This document shows positions 1-9,494 of a DNA stretch of 57,852 nucleotides, in pieces (positions within the stretch are counted from its first letter, which is position 1; every line of letters begins with the position of its first letter). The stretch comes from a virus (taxonomy: Duplodnaviria > Caudoviricetes). The DNA lies in the IMG/VR virus record IMGVR_UViG_3300042402_005186, positions 1 through 57,852 of that record; one strand, given 5' to 3'. The notes under the pieces were generated by a model. The model searched no databases. It had not been told where the DNA came from and saw nothing but the letters and a program-made list of their open reading frames with translations. Position numbers and translations under genes: made by a program.

Positions 1-255
1 GATACAAACTCTCTCAAGATTAATCGTAGGTGTATCTGGATGCCCAAGTTCACCTAGAGCACGATTACTTTTAATATACTCTTCAGTATATCTACCAACT
101 TCTTCTCTGAGTGTATCAATTTTATACATGCGGCGATTTCTATTAGCTTGTTCACCAACAAGAAATGGACCTTCAATGTATAAATTCTTTTTACCTGACT
201 CTGTAGTTTCTGTTAGATATCTAACATTCTCTACGGTTTCTTTAATTAGTTTCAT
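1..255 (-). CDS. gp21: Prohead protease (5' part, truncated by window edge)
   Basis: Manual translation from ATG at 255 gives MKLIKETVENVRYL...LYIEGPFLVGEQANRNRRMY...RALGELGHPDTPTINLERV, with the T4 gp21 motifs. It overlaps the upstream stop as ATGA. Not in the ORF track. Confidence 0.93.
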   Translation of the reverse strand, partial: MKLIKETVENVRYLTETTESGKKNLYIEGPFLVGEQANRNRRMYKIDTLREEVGRYTEEYIKSNRALGELGHPDTPTINLERVCI

Positions 256-611
256 AGAGTTTCCAATGCGGTAGAATATGTTGCTATTTTCGAAACCTCG
301 ATTGCAACTGATCCGCCAGTAACAATCGTAACCACAACATTACCAGTATTAGTATTTGCGACTGAATAACCTAACTCATCGAAATACATTTGACCTGCAT
401 TATGAAGTGCTAACATTGGAGTAGGTGTTGCTCCTCTTCCAATTGAAATAGATCCATTTGATGACCATACTACGCGCTTAATGTTTACTGCCGATACTGT
501 TTCTAACTGAGTATTGGAAGATAAATTATTAAGAGTGATAGTGTATGTGCCAGGATCAACAGCACGAATAATACTGGTGCTTCTAAGATTATTTACGACT
601 TCGTATGGCAT
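252..611 (-). CDS. Hypothetical protein (119 aa, beta-rich) in head gene cluster
   Basis: Tightly packed ORF between the core protein genes and gp21. No recognised motif. Confidence 0.7.
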   Translation of the reverse strand: MPYEVVNNLRSTSIIRAVDPGTYTITLNNLSSNTQLETVSAVNIKRVVWSSNGSISIGRGATPTPMLALHNAGQMYFDELGYSVANTNTGNVVVTIVTGGSVAIEVSKIATYSTALETL

Positions 612-612
612 G

Positions 613-1047
613 TTATCTTATTCCCATTGATTTGCGGCGGCGCATAGACATTTTTCTTTTTAGTAAAGTTCTATTCAGTCTTGCTCTGCCTTTTGTTTTC
701 CAGTATCGTTTTAACTTTCTTGCTTTCTGTAATCTCTGAGTAACTGGTATTCTTTTTACCGTACTACCAACTACTTTATATCCTTGTACCGCTGAACGTC
801 TTACATTACGCTGTACAATTATTCTACCTTTAGAATCTCTTCTTATTCTTCTACGAATCTTTTGTATTCTGCCTTGTTTTATTATATTACCTTCATCTAG
901 TATTTCTATATCTTCACCGTATATATCAGCAGATATTTCACGACGTTTTTCTTCTAACCTCTTAGAAATCGTTTCACTCAGTTGGGCAAAAAATATTTCT
1001 TTAGCTTCAACTAATTTATTTTCCAATACTAAATCTACAAATCTCAT
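613..1047 (-). CDS. Prohead core protein, gp68-like, with Arg/Lys-rich C-terminus
   Basis: Lies between portal and protease. Acidic helical N-terminus followed by a very basic C-terminus (RKLKRYWK...KRKMSMRRRK). Confidence 0.6.
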   Translation of the reverse strand: MRFVDLVLENKLVEAKEIFFAQLSETISKRLEEKRREISADIYGEDIEILDEGNIIKQGRIQKIRRRIRRDSKGRIIVQRNVRRSAVQGYKVVGSTVKRIPVTQRLQKARKLKRYWKTKGRARLNRTLLKRKMSMRRRKSMGIR

Positions 1048-1823
1048 TTTGCTTTACTAAATGCAAATGCTGCTGCTTTTTCAAAATGAGCAGGTGATTT
1101 GTGAACCATATCAGCAAATTTTTTCTTATTCTCATCATTTAGTGCTTTATGAACTTGAGTAATCGCAGATGCAGTAAAGTGATCAATTTTTCGAGTATGA
1201 CCCGAAGCAAATTTAACACTTTGTGCAGATTTATTATCTACGATCTTATGAAGGGTGTCCATAACCGCTTCTTCAATATATTCTTCCGACTGAACTATTC
1301 CCGTTTCACCATCATTAAATGGAATGGCAAAATCTCTATTTAATCTGTCGCTATGGTAAATAGCAACACGCATTCCATTTGGATATAAACGTATTGCAGT
1401 TCTCTTTAGTAAAACTACAAAAGGCGGATCGGAAGAAAGAGCTTCACCGATGAGCATTTCTTCTTTGACCTCTTCTTTTTCTTCATCATCAAAACGTATA
1501 CGATGAGCTTTTACTTTTTTACCAGACTGACTAAGTTTGTAATCCGAAGTATCATGAATACTTTCACTCACTGCTTTTTTAGTTTGTCTGAATAGTTGAG
1601 GATTATTCGTAATTAAATCGACCATTTTATTAAACAAATTTTGTATAATTTGTTTATCAGCATTTGTGAAAGATGGTCTCTCTTCTTCCATTTTTCCAAG
1701 AATTTGATGCAAACGCTGTATTTGCGCTTTGTTACCTAGGCCTGCTCGGACTAAAGCATCGAATTTGCTATAGTCTTTTTTCTCTTCTTCTAGAATAACT
1801 TTAAATTCTTGTAATGATTTCAT
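1044..1823 (-). CDS. Putative prohead core/internal head protein
   Basis: Head-cluster position. MKSLQEF N-terminus and several (L/I/V)xE motifs resembling gp21 cleavage sites. Confidence 0.55.
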   Translation of the reverse strand: MKSLQEFKVILEEEKKDYSKFDALVRAGLGNKAQIQRLHQILGKMEEERPSFTNADKQIIQNLFNKMVDLITNNPQLFRQTKKAVSESIHDTSDYKLSQSGKKVKAHRIRFDDEEKEEVKEEMLIGEALSSDPPFVVLLKRTAIRLYPNGMRVAIYHSDRLNRDFAIPFNDGETGIVQSEEYIEEAVMDTLHKIVDNKSAQSVKFASGHTRKIDHFTASAITQVHKALNDENKKKFADMVHKSPAHFEKAAAFAFSKAK

Positions 1824-2035
1824 TCTTCTTGTTCCGTCTCTGAAGTTGTTTCGTTACTTTCAGAATCATCAAATTCTTCACCTTCTTCTTTTCCATTAAA
1901 TAACGTCGAAGCTACTTCTTGTTTTTTTGCTTCGAGTGCTTCCATAGCCTTTGTTGAAAGTAAATCTGCAAATGCATCTTTAGCTTCCGAACTTTGTCCT
2001 GAAGCTAGTAAATCTAAAAATTGTCTTGCATCCAT
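1820..2035 (-). CDS. Small acidic prohead core protein, gp67-like
   Basis: 71 aa directly downstream of the portal. Helical N-terminus (KAMEALEAKKQEVASTLF) and acidic tail. Confidence 0.65.
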   Translation of the reverse strand: MDARQFLDLLASGQSSEAKDAFADLLSTKAMEALEAKKQEVASTLFNGKEEGEEFDDSESNETTSETEQEE

Positions 2036-2045
2036 AATTAACTCC

Positions 2046-3698
2046 TTATCTTGTATTTATTACCCGACTAAATCTTTTTACTACTGAGTCTAGTTCAGGT
2101 GTATCAGACTCTTCACTCTCTTTTTCTGTTGTATTATCAACAGGCTCTACTTCTTGTTCTTCTTGTGGTTGTTCGATTGGTTGTCCACTCGCATCCATAG
2201 GTTGAGGCGCTGGTTCTGAATCGATTTGTTTTTGCATTTCTTTTATATCATCATCAGTTAACTGTAGAACATTTCTCTTCACCCATTCTTGTGAGAAATA
2301 ACGACCGACATAAGGATCTACTAAACCTAAAAGTTGTAATCTATTTTGCAATAACTCTGCATCACGCAATTCGGTAAAATTATTATCTTTTTTATAATCG
2401 TAATAAATTTTATCTTTAAACTCTTGCCATTCTTCTTTGGTGCAAATACCTTTTAGAATTAATTGAGTCTCTAATGCATAGTCGAATATTTTCGAAAACT
2501 TGTTACGAATCTTAGTAATAAATTTATTGAATTTTAATTCATCACGAGTAACTTCAGTTGTTCTACCTAATCCAACAAGACCTCCAGACTGGGCTTCAAG
2601 TCTTGAGTAAGGAACATTCATTGATTGTAGTAATTTTTTCTGAAAATAAACAACATCATCCATTTGACCAAGATTTTGACCAGCAGGCAGTGTTGTAATT
2701 TCTGTGCCTTTTCCACCCTCTCGTCTTGGTAACCAAAAATCTTCTAGCATTGAAAGATGTTTTCTATCGTCTCTCAGTTCACCAGTGCTCGCATCATAAA
2801 CCATTTTATTGCGATACTTGATCATGATATCTCTGATGTACTGTTCAGCTTTACCTTTTGGCAAATTACCAACGTCAATATAAAATACTCTTCGTTCAGG
2901 CGCTCTGCTAATACGATAAATGACTGTAGCATCTTCAATCATTCTTAGTTGATTGAGAGGCTTAATTGCTTTATGTAAGAATGAAATGACGAAGGTGTTT
3001 TTAGCATCCATCAATCCAGAATTCACATTAATAATTGATTCTGGAGAAATTCTTAAACCTTGATTCGCTGCTGCGGTAAAAGATTGTGTTGTAGTGCCAC
3101 GATCATTGTAGATATAATATTCGGCAATCGATTTGATGATATCCGCGCCAGTTTTTGGATCTCTTCCTTTTTGTACTTCACGAACTTTACGTATTTTTCT
3201 CGGATCAATATAACGTAATTCTTTTATACCTTCTTTTGGATTAGCTTCATTTACAATTACATGATAATAAATTCTTCCGTCTATGTACCAACGACGAAAC
3301 ATATCATCAGCTAAATTGGAAAAGTTTAACATTTTGAGAATCGTGTCAAACTCTTCTCTAATTTTTTTCTTAATAGATTCTGGTTGTTTCAAATCATCCA
3401 TAACTATATCGACAACTCTGCCATCATCATCGTGACAGATAGCTTCATCAACGATTTCTGTAATTGCTTGATCACACTCAGGATGATTTGACATTTCACG
3501 ATAACGAGTGATAAGTTCAAGTTCATTACGTACTGAACCTTCCAAATCGACATAGGTACCAAAGTGAGCATTTTGAGTGATGGTAACTGCACCATCATCC
3601 AATGTATCAGTAGGTATAGAGAAGGAAGCCTGTTGAGGGTCTTCCTTCTTTACTATATCTTTTTGTCCGAGTGTGAATCCGAATAAGCGAATTGCCAT
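2046..3698 (-). CDS. gp20: Portal vertex protein
   Basis: Motifs YRISRAPERRVFYIDVGNLPKGKAEQY and EDFWLPRREGGKGTEITTLP. Confidence 0.98.
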   Translation of the reverse strand: MAIRLFGFTLGQKDIVKKEDPQQASFSIPTDTLDDGAVTITQNAHFGTYVDLEGSVRNELELITRYREMSNHPECDQAITEIVDEAICHDDDGRVVDIVMDDLKQPESIKKKIREEFDTILKMLNFSNLADDMFRRWYIDGRIYYHVIVNEANPKEGIKELRYIDPRKIRKVREVQKGRDPKTGADIIKSIAEYYIYNDRGTTTQSFTAAANQGLRISPESIINVNSGLMDAKNTFVISFLHKAIKPLNQLRMIEDATVIYRISRAPERRVFYIDVGNLPKGKAEQYIRDIMIKYRNKMVYDASTGELRDDRKHLSMLEDFWLPRREGGKGTEITTLPAGQNLGQMDDVVYFQKKLLQSMNVPYSRLEAQSGGLVGLGRTTEVTRDELKFNKFITKIRNKFSKIFDYALETQLILKGICTKEEWQEFKDKIYYDYKKDNNFTELRDAELLQNRLQLLGLVDPYVGRYFSQEWVKRNVLQLTDDDIKEMQKQIDSEPAPQPMDASGQPIEQPQEEQEVEPVDNTTEKESEESDTPELDSVVKRFSRVINTR

Positions 3699-3716
3699 TA
3701 GTTTACCTTTTCATAA

Positions 3717-3746
3717 TGAAAAGAGAGGAGCAAAGGCTCCCCTCTC
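3717..3746 (-). terminator. Intrinsic terminator after the tail tube gene
   Basis: Minus strand reads GAGAGGGGAGC-CTTT-GCTCCTCTC-TTTT directly after the gp19 stop. Confidence 0.75.
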
Positions 3747-3747
3747 A

Positions 3748-4293
3748 TTAGACTACTGCGTCCTCTACTGCTTCCCACCATTGATAGGTCAAGTTGACAG
3801 AGAATTCTTCAATCGTATCATTGGCTGACCAATCAACATCGATTGCAGAAATGTCAGTAGGAAATAATCCGATGAATTTATATTTCTTGAGAATATTTCC
3901 TGCTTTACCATATTGACGAACTTCTCCGTCTACGCTATAGCTAAGAGCAGTTGCGGCAGCAGGATTACGAACATTAAGACTATGACTATTAATACCATTA
4001 AGCCATCTTTCAAAAGCATTACGAATTACGAAATCTTCATCATTGATAATAGTAATAGACCAATCTGTGAACGTTCTATTTCCTGCAAATTTTAGTTCGC
4101 GTCCAAAATATTGAACTGGAACTGCGCCAATTGTTGAGCCCGGCAATTGGGCTGTTTTGCACATAAACGACATTTTGGTTTGTGCATTTCCTGGCAATGA
4201 GAAAGCTGGGAAAGGAAGCGTTACCTCAAATAAATTTGGGCGCGCTCCATCTCCCTGCATCTGAGAGCGGAATTCGTTAATATTGAAAGCCAT
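3748..4293 (-). CDS. gp19: Tail tube protein
   Basis: Motifs GARPNLFEV, GRELKFAGNRTFTDW and IEEFSVNLTYQWW. Follows the sheath gene. Confidence 0.97.
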   Translation of the reverse strand: MAFNINEFRSQMQGDGARPNLFEVTLPFPAFSLPGNAQTKMSFMCKTAQLPGSTIGAVPVQYFGRELKFAGNRTFTDWSITIINDEDFVIRNAFERWLNGINSHSLNVRNPAAATALSYSVDGEVRQYGKAGNILKKYKFIGLFPTDISAIDVDWSANDTIEEFSVNLTYQWWEAVEDAVV

Positions 4294-4316
4294 TTAATTT
4301 TTCTCCTATCTCTCTT

Positions 4317-4324
4317 TATTTATT
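4317..4324 (-). promoter_or_regulatory. T4-type late promoter-like motif (AATAAATA) upstream of gp19
   Basis: Matches 7 of 8 positions of TATAAATA and overlaps the gp18 stop. The same motif recurs before many late genes. Confidence 0.55.
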
Positions 4325-5981
4325 AAAATTTTCCAACAACTTCTTCGAACGCAACACCTGTTCTAACTGCAACAAAGTTAAGTTGAATGAAGTTGATAGA
4401 ACGAGCAGGCTTAATGTAAATGTCACCAACAAACTCATTTCGATCAATAACTTCAGGTGTGTTATTAGTTGTATCGCAGACAACTCTGAAGTCATAAATT
4501 CCTCTGCGACCTTGCACTTCACGTAGATAAGGCTCTACTAAATTCACGAATGCAGCACGAGTAAATTCATCATTGAATTCGAAAAGTGATGAACGTGCAG
4601 CACGAGCGATTGTTTTTTCAAGAACAATAAACAATCTACGAACATTAATTCTATCGAATGCGCTTGGCTTATTTAATAAAGTCTTATCGCCATATAGAAT
4701 TGTGCCTTCGCCTGGGAAAGTAACTACAGGATTTACGCCCGCTTTGTATAAAGCATCTCTATTTGCTTTAGTAGGATTCCAAGCAAGTTTAACGACATTT
4801 TTAATAACTCCACGATTTATACCGGCTGGTGAGAACCATGGATCTCTTTCGTTATCGGTACGAACGCAAAGACCTGCGATATCACCATTGAGAGGTACCC
4901 AACGATAAACGTCATTATATTTGTCATACTGATATTTCCAACCGCTATCCATAACTGCGAATGAAGATTTAGTATATGTACCGGCTGTCGTAGTAATATT
5001 TGTTTGCTCTGAACCGGAAGCATTGACTACATCATCAAATTCTGGAGAGACGAAAACTAAACAATCTTTACGAGTATCTGCCAATGAAATTAGATGATTT
5101 GGTGTTGTTGTACCGGTTGTTGCGCCAGCCATAATTAATGAAACATCTACGGAATCTGGATTAGCAAATAAATCGAAAGCAGTATTTACATTAGCAGCAC
5201 TAGGCTCGGCATCTACTCCACCAACTAATACAGAATTCAAATTTGCGGTCATTTGAGCATATGCGGTGTTTGATGCGGTATTTCCCCAATTGCCATGTAA
5301 ATGTTTCCCAACCCACAAATATTTCGAACGACTATTGATTACTTGTTTGTAATAATTTGATGATCCATCAGAATTCTTTGCATCACCTGCTTTTGAAACG
5401 TAAGCAAACTTTTCTAAAACTGTATTTGCTGTTCCTGAAATTTGTCCTGTCGCATCAATTACTATAATATGAAGTTCGTCATTTGTAGAACTTCTTGTTG
5501 AGGCCCAGGTAGATGTTGATGGTGCTGAATCGAAATTATCTTTATAATCCCAAGTAGTATGTGTATTTCCGTCAGACATAGAAACGCGAATAGAATTCCC
5601 CAATTCACCAGGATACTTAGCATAAAAATATGCTCCAGTATTTGCGCTATGGTTCAATTCATAATCTGTAGTATTTTCTATCAGTGCTGCGGCATCTCCA
5701 ACATTAGCATTTAATGCTCCTGTTCCTACTGCGCGAACTACTCTTAGGTCTGTTCCATATGCTAAAAAGTTTGCGGCAGTAAAAAATGCATTTGCGGTAT
5801 TTGCATTAGGTTTACCGAATGTTTGTGCTAATTGAAGTTCGTTATTAATTACTGTTATTTCATTAACGGGACCCCACGCAAATGCTCCAGCAAACCCACC
5901 TACCGTAGTTGCAACAGATGGAACAACTGTTGTCAGATCTACTTCGGAGATATTCACTCCTGGTGACAGTTGAAAAGCCAT
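4323..5981 (-). CDS. gp18: Tail sheath protein
   Basis: Motifs MAFQLSPGV, PWFSPAG, FDRINVRRLF and IKPARSINFIQLNFVA. Confidence 0.98.
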   Translation of the reverse strand: MAFQLSPGVNISEVDLTTVVPSVATTVGGFAGAFAWGPVNEITVINNELQLAQTFGKPNANTANAFFTAANFLAYGTDLRVVRAVGTGALNANVGDAAALIENTTDYELNHSANTGAYFYAKYPGELGNSIRVSMSDGNTHTTWDYKDNFDSAPSTSTWASTRSSTNDELHIIVIDATGQISGTANTVLEKFAYVSKAGDAKNSDGSSNYYKQVINSRSKYLWVGKHLHGNWGNTASNTAYAQMTANLNSVLVGGVDAEPSAANVNTAFDLFANPDSVDVSLIMAGATTGTTTPNHLISLADTRKDCLVFVSPEFDDVVNASGSEQTNITTTAGTYTKSSFAVMDSGWKYQYDKYNDVYRWVPLNGDIAGLCVRTDNERDPWFSPAGINRGVIKNVVKLAWNPTKANRDALYKAGVNPVVTFPGEGTILYGDKTLLNKPSAFDRINVRRLFIVLEKTIARAARSSLFEFNDEFTRAAFVNLVEPYLREVQGRRGIYDFRVVCDTTNNTPEVIDRNEFVGDIYIKPARSINFIQLNFVAVRTGVAFEEVVGKF

Positions 5982-6019
5982 TTTCTGTTCTCCTTATTTT
6001 AGAACTATTCTTATTCTTC

Positions 6020-6027
6020 TATTTATT
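6020..6027 (-). promoter_or_regulatory. Late promoter-like motif (AATAAATA) upstream of gp18
   Basis: Intergenic nATAAATA, followed by an AAGGAG Shine-Dalgarno before the gp18 ATG. Confidence 0.55.
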
Positions 6028-6030
6028 ATT

Positions 6031-7665
6031 TTACAAAATTGAAGATAAATATCCGCGATTTCTGACATTTACCCATAAATCCTTACCATCAGACTCTTTT
6101 TCTTCTTGTAAACCGTCGTTCAATTCGCCAATAGGAAGCATTTCTTCTTCTAGTTGAAGATTTCTTTCTTCGATTAATTTCTGTCGAATATCAGAATCCG
6201 TCAATTCTTTGAAATAACTTTGTGCTGTTAGCCAAGAAAATAACACTAAAGTCATCACAATATCATCATTATTTCCTTCTTCTGCTTTATAAGTATCGCC
6301 ATTACGAACAAAAGTATTAAATTCTGCGATAGTATCGAAATCGGTTGTAACTAATTTATCATTTTCGACTAACGTTTTTAAGTTGGCGCAACCTATTTTT
6401 TTGACTGTTTTAGAGGTTTTTACACCATAAGCGGCACCTTTTTTGAATCCGCTAGATATATGTTGACCTTTAATATCATGACTTTCTATTCTAAAAATGT
6501 TTTCGTACTCAAGATCGTAGTGTAGAATGTCGACTACCTGCTGTCCTACGCTATTCGTTTCAACTAAAATGAATGCGCGATTATAACGATTTGCTATATT
6601 ATACAAATATGTTGGAAGTATGAGGGGTGATATTTTATTGTCCCTATATTTTGCGACATGCTTATATGGTATTTCCGTTACATCTACAATCGAAATTACC
6701 GAATAATCATATCCGACTCCTTCAGAACAATCTACAATTGCTATGTAAGTATGTCCTTTTTTCGGTTCTTCATATACATCTAAGTGTTCATCTTTTCTTA
6801 TTGGATTATTGAATATTAAAGTTTTCAGTTTAATGCCTGGGATCAAAGTCATACTTGAACCTAGGAATTCGGTTTCAAATTCCTGTCTGAATTGTTCTTC
6901 ACTGGTGTTTCTTATAGTCTCTTCTTTCCAAGCTTCATCTCTACCTGGTACCATGGACCAATGAACTTCAAATGGCACATAAAGGCTTCTTTTTTCTACG
7001 GCATCGATCCACATTTTGTAGAACATATTCAGACCATTGGGTGTCGAAACTATGATAACTTTTGTGGTTTTACCTGATGATATAACTGGATATGTTGATG
7101 CAAAGAATTCTGTTGCCATGTTTTGTGGCACGAAGGCAAACTCATCAAGAAAGATTAGATTGTAAGTTCCTCCACGAACACCGGAAGCACTTGTAGCAAA
7201 CGCTGAGATTTCGGATCCATTTTCAAGAACAATATTACCTTTGTTCCATTCAAGAATGCCTTGTTGCATCCAAATAGGCAAATACTCATAAGCGTATTTG
7301 ATTCTACCTAAAATATCTCTTGCAAGATCGCCCTTATTAGCTAAGATTGCTATTTTATAATCGTCATTGAATAGAACATTCCATAACATATAGCCAGAAA
7401 CCGTAGTAGTTTTACCTACCTGTCGTGGCATTTTACAAATAGAAAATCGATTAGAATGAAATCCATTGACCATTTCTTCTTGAAATGGCCACATTTCAAA
7501 CGGAACAAGACCAAGATCTACGTTAACAATCTTAACGTATTTCTTGATGAAATATATCGGATCTTTAATACACTTGGTAATCTCAATTAATTGTTCTCTG
7601 GAGTATTCAATTTTAACTCCAGGACGTTTTAAATTGGGATTACCTTGATAACCACCAAGAGACAT
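6031..7665 (-). CDS. gp17: Terminase large subunit
   Basis: Walker A (PRQVGKTT), Walker B (IFLDEFAF), VSTPNG and nuclease acidic residues (NDDIVM). No intron or intein apparent. Confidence 0.98.
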   Translation of the reverse strand: MSLGGYQGNPNLKRPGVKIEYSREQLIEITKCIKDPIYFIKKYVKIVNVDLGLVPFEMWPFQEEMVNGFHSNRFSICKMPRQVGKTTTVSGYMLWNVLFNDDYKIAILANKGDLARDILGRIKYAYEYLPIWMQQGILEWNKGNIVLENGSEISAFATSASGVRGGTYNLIFLDEFAFVPQNMATEFFASTYPVISSGKTTKVIIVSTPNGLNMFYKMWIDAVEKRSLYVPFEVHWSMVPGRDEAWKEETIRNTSEEQFRQEFETEFLGSSMTLIPGIKLKTLIFNNPIRKDEHLDVYEEPKKGHTYIAIVDCSEGVGYDYSVISIVDVTEIPYKHVAKYRDNKISPLILPTYLYNIANRYNRAFILVETNSVGQQVVDILHYDLEYENIFRIESHDIKGQHISSGFKKGAAYGVKTSKTVKKIGCANLKTLVENDKLVTTDFDTIAEFNTFVRNGDTYKAEEGNNDDIVMTLVLFSWLTAQSYFKELTDSDIRQKLIEERNLQLEEEMLPIGELNDGLQEEKESDGKDLWVNVRNRGYLSSIL

Positions 7666-8099
7666 TACTTAGTAATACTTTTTAGGAACCAACTATGCTT
7701 GGCATGCTGATCTAAAAGATCTTGTAAAAAGTTGCTGATTGCCGGCTCACCTGCACCATCCGCTGCAACTATACCTGCTCTTAAATGATACATAAATCTT
7801 TCATTCGAAGCTAAAACTTCTCTCATCATAGTAAGAGCATCGGGAATATTTTCAGTTTCAGCTATATCTGCTAGTTCATGAATTCTCGTCATGTTAGCTG
7901 GCGCATATGCTCCGAGCATACGGATTTTTTCTGCAATCAAATCGGTATTGTTCCAAACTGCGGTATAAAAATCCCCTAAAAAAGTATGGTACTGAACGAA
8001 GTCTGGACCCTCGATATTCCAATGAAAACTATGAGCTTTAAAATAAAGACCAAAGTTTGTGCCTAAAATTACTCTAAGTTGTTCGATTAGTTTTTCCAT
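7665..8099 (-). CDS. dps: Dps/ferritin-like DNA-protection protein
   Basis: Dps signature HSFHWNIEGPDFVQYH...DLIAEKIRMLG and C-terminal KHSWFL. 144 aa. Confidence 0.9.
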   Translation of the reverse strand: MEKLIEQLRVILGTNFGLYFKAHSFHWNIEGPDFVQYHTFLGDFYTAVWNNTDLIAEKIRMLGAYAPANMTRIHELADIAETENIPDALTMMREVLASNERFMYHLRAGIVAADGAGEPAISNFLQDLLDQHAKHSWFLKSITK

Positions 8100-8103
8100 G
8101 TTT

Positions 8104-8493
8104 TTAATCCATGTTTTTGATTTGTTTAATTAAATCTGAAGTTGATCCAACGAAAACTGCTTTATCAACATGAACTGCTGGTGTTGATTGTTTTTCTGTA
8201 GGAGTTAAATCTTTTCTTTTCTTTTGCAGTTCCATTAAATCTTTATTGATATCTGACATATTTTTGATCAGTGTAGCAGCTACTTCATATGCTCTTGGGT
8301 GATCTGTTGCAGAAGCTACCTGAAGAATATTATCAACAGCAATTTTACCTTTTTCCGCTAATTCGCGTATATTTCTTCTTGCAAATTCAAAATCAGAATC
8401 TACCTGACCAGGATCTATAATCTCAATTTCCTGTTTCTTTGGCAAAGGATCTATATCAAATAATTGAGACATTTTTTCATCAAATTTGTTCAT
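8104..8493 (-). CDS. gp16: Terminase small subunit
   Basis: Motifs DFEFAR, HPRAYEVAATLIK and VFVGSTSDL. Confidence 0.93.
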   Translation of the reverse strand: MNKFDEKMSQLFDIDPLPKKQEIEIIDPGQVDSDFEFARRNIRELAEKGKIAVDNILQVASATDHPRAYEVAATLIKNMSDINKDLMELQKKRKDLTPTEKQSTPAVHVDKAVFVGSTSDLIKQIKNMD

Positions 8494-9494
8494 GTTATAG
8501 TATTAGGAAATTCTGTTATGGTATCTGTAAATCCAAAATCATCATCAGGAGATGCATTTAAAGGATCGGTTTGTGTGATAATCGAAACTACTTTTAATGG
8601 GTTTAAGTCTACGGTATTTATAGTATATTCTGCATTGGAGTAATCTCCGACAATTATCTCACCCTCTTCGAATGGATCTGAAACCTCAGATACGACTAAT
8701 GTTCCTAAACTATTATTTGCAAAGTAAACTACTGTTCCGGTTTTCTGTTTGTTTTGTATTCTAACGGTTTCGCCAGTAGTAAACACACCATTGCCGGATG
8801 CTGGGTCTACATAAATTTGCTGTGTCATTTTACTTCTTGAATCTAGATAAATGTTTGTATTTGCAGATTTGATAATCTTTGCATCAGAAGAAACGGGAGG
8901 AAAAATGTATCCCTTAACTGTAAATGTTAAATTCCAAATGATAAGTCTAGTTGTAGACATATCTCCTTCATAATCAATCTGAGGTGTTACAGAATTCAAC
9001 ATTACCGGAATATCATATTTACGTCCCAACTTAGGAATCAAATCTACCGTTACTGTAAAATCAGGAGTAAAGAATGGTAGTATCTGTTCTAGTAACTGTG
9101 TTCCGTCTTCCGTATTTCTAACGTAGATATTAACATCGAATTCGAAATTATATGGTATTGCAGAATACTGTGCTGATACAGAATTCGTTGTACTATTAAC
9201 TGCATAATTTCGATTTAGTGTATTAAATTTTCTTGTAGAATCATATGTTATTCCAACCAAATCGAACGAAATTCTAGGCACATAAACATTAATAGATTTA
9301 GTAAGTGTTGGATCAGAAGTTAATCTTGTGATATATTTTTCTTTTGCACCATAAGAAAGTGGAACTCTCGTTCTCTCATATTCTTGAGTGCCTGCTTTAT
9401 TGTAACGAACAAGGACGAGATCATTGAACAGAGTACCAAATGCAACAACTATTTTTCGTATTGTTCGATTGTAGAAATGATTGTTACCTAACAT
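8490..9494 (-). CDS. gp15: Tail terminator / sheath stabiliser, with an inserted domain
   Basis: Motifs FYNRTIRKIVVAFGTLFN, VPLSYG and EQILPFFTP. Confidence 0.93.
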   Translation of the reverse strand: MLGNNHFYNRTIRKIVVAFGTLFNDLVLVRYNKAGTQEYERTRVPLSYGAKEKYITRLTSDPTLTKSINVYVPRISFDLVGITYDSTRKFNTLNRNYAVNSTTNSVSAQYSAIPYNFEFDVNIYVRNTEDGTQLLEQILPFFTPDFTVTVDLIPKLGRKYDIPVMLNSVTPQIDYEGDMSTTRLIIWNLTFTVKGYIFPPVSSDAKIIKSANTNIYLDSRSKMTQQIYVDPASGNGVFTTGETVRIQNKQKTGTVVYFANNSLGTLVVSEVSDPFEEGEIIVGDYSNAEYTINTVDLNPLKVVSIITQTDPLNASPDDDFGFTDTITEFPNTIT

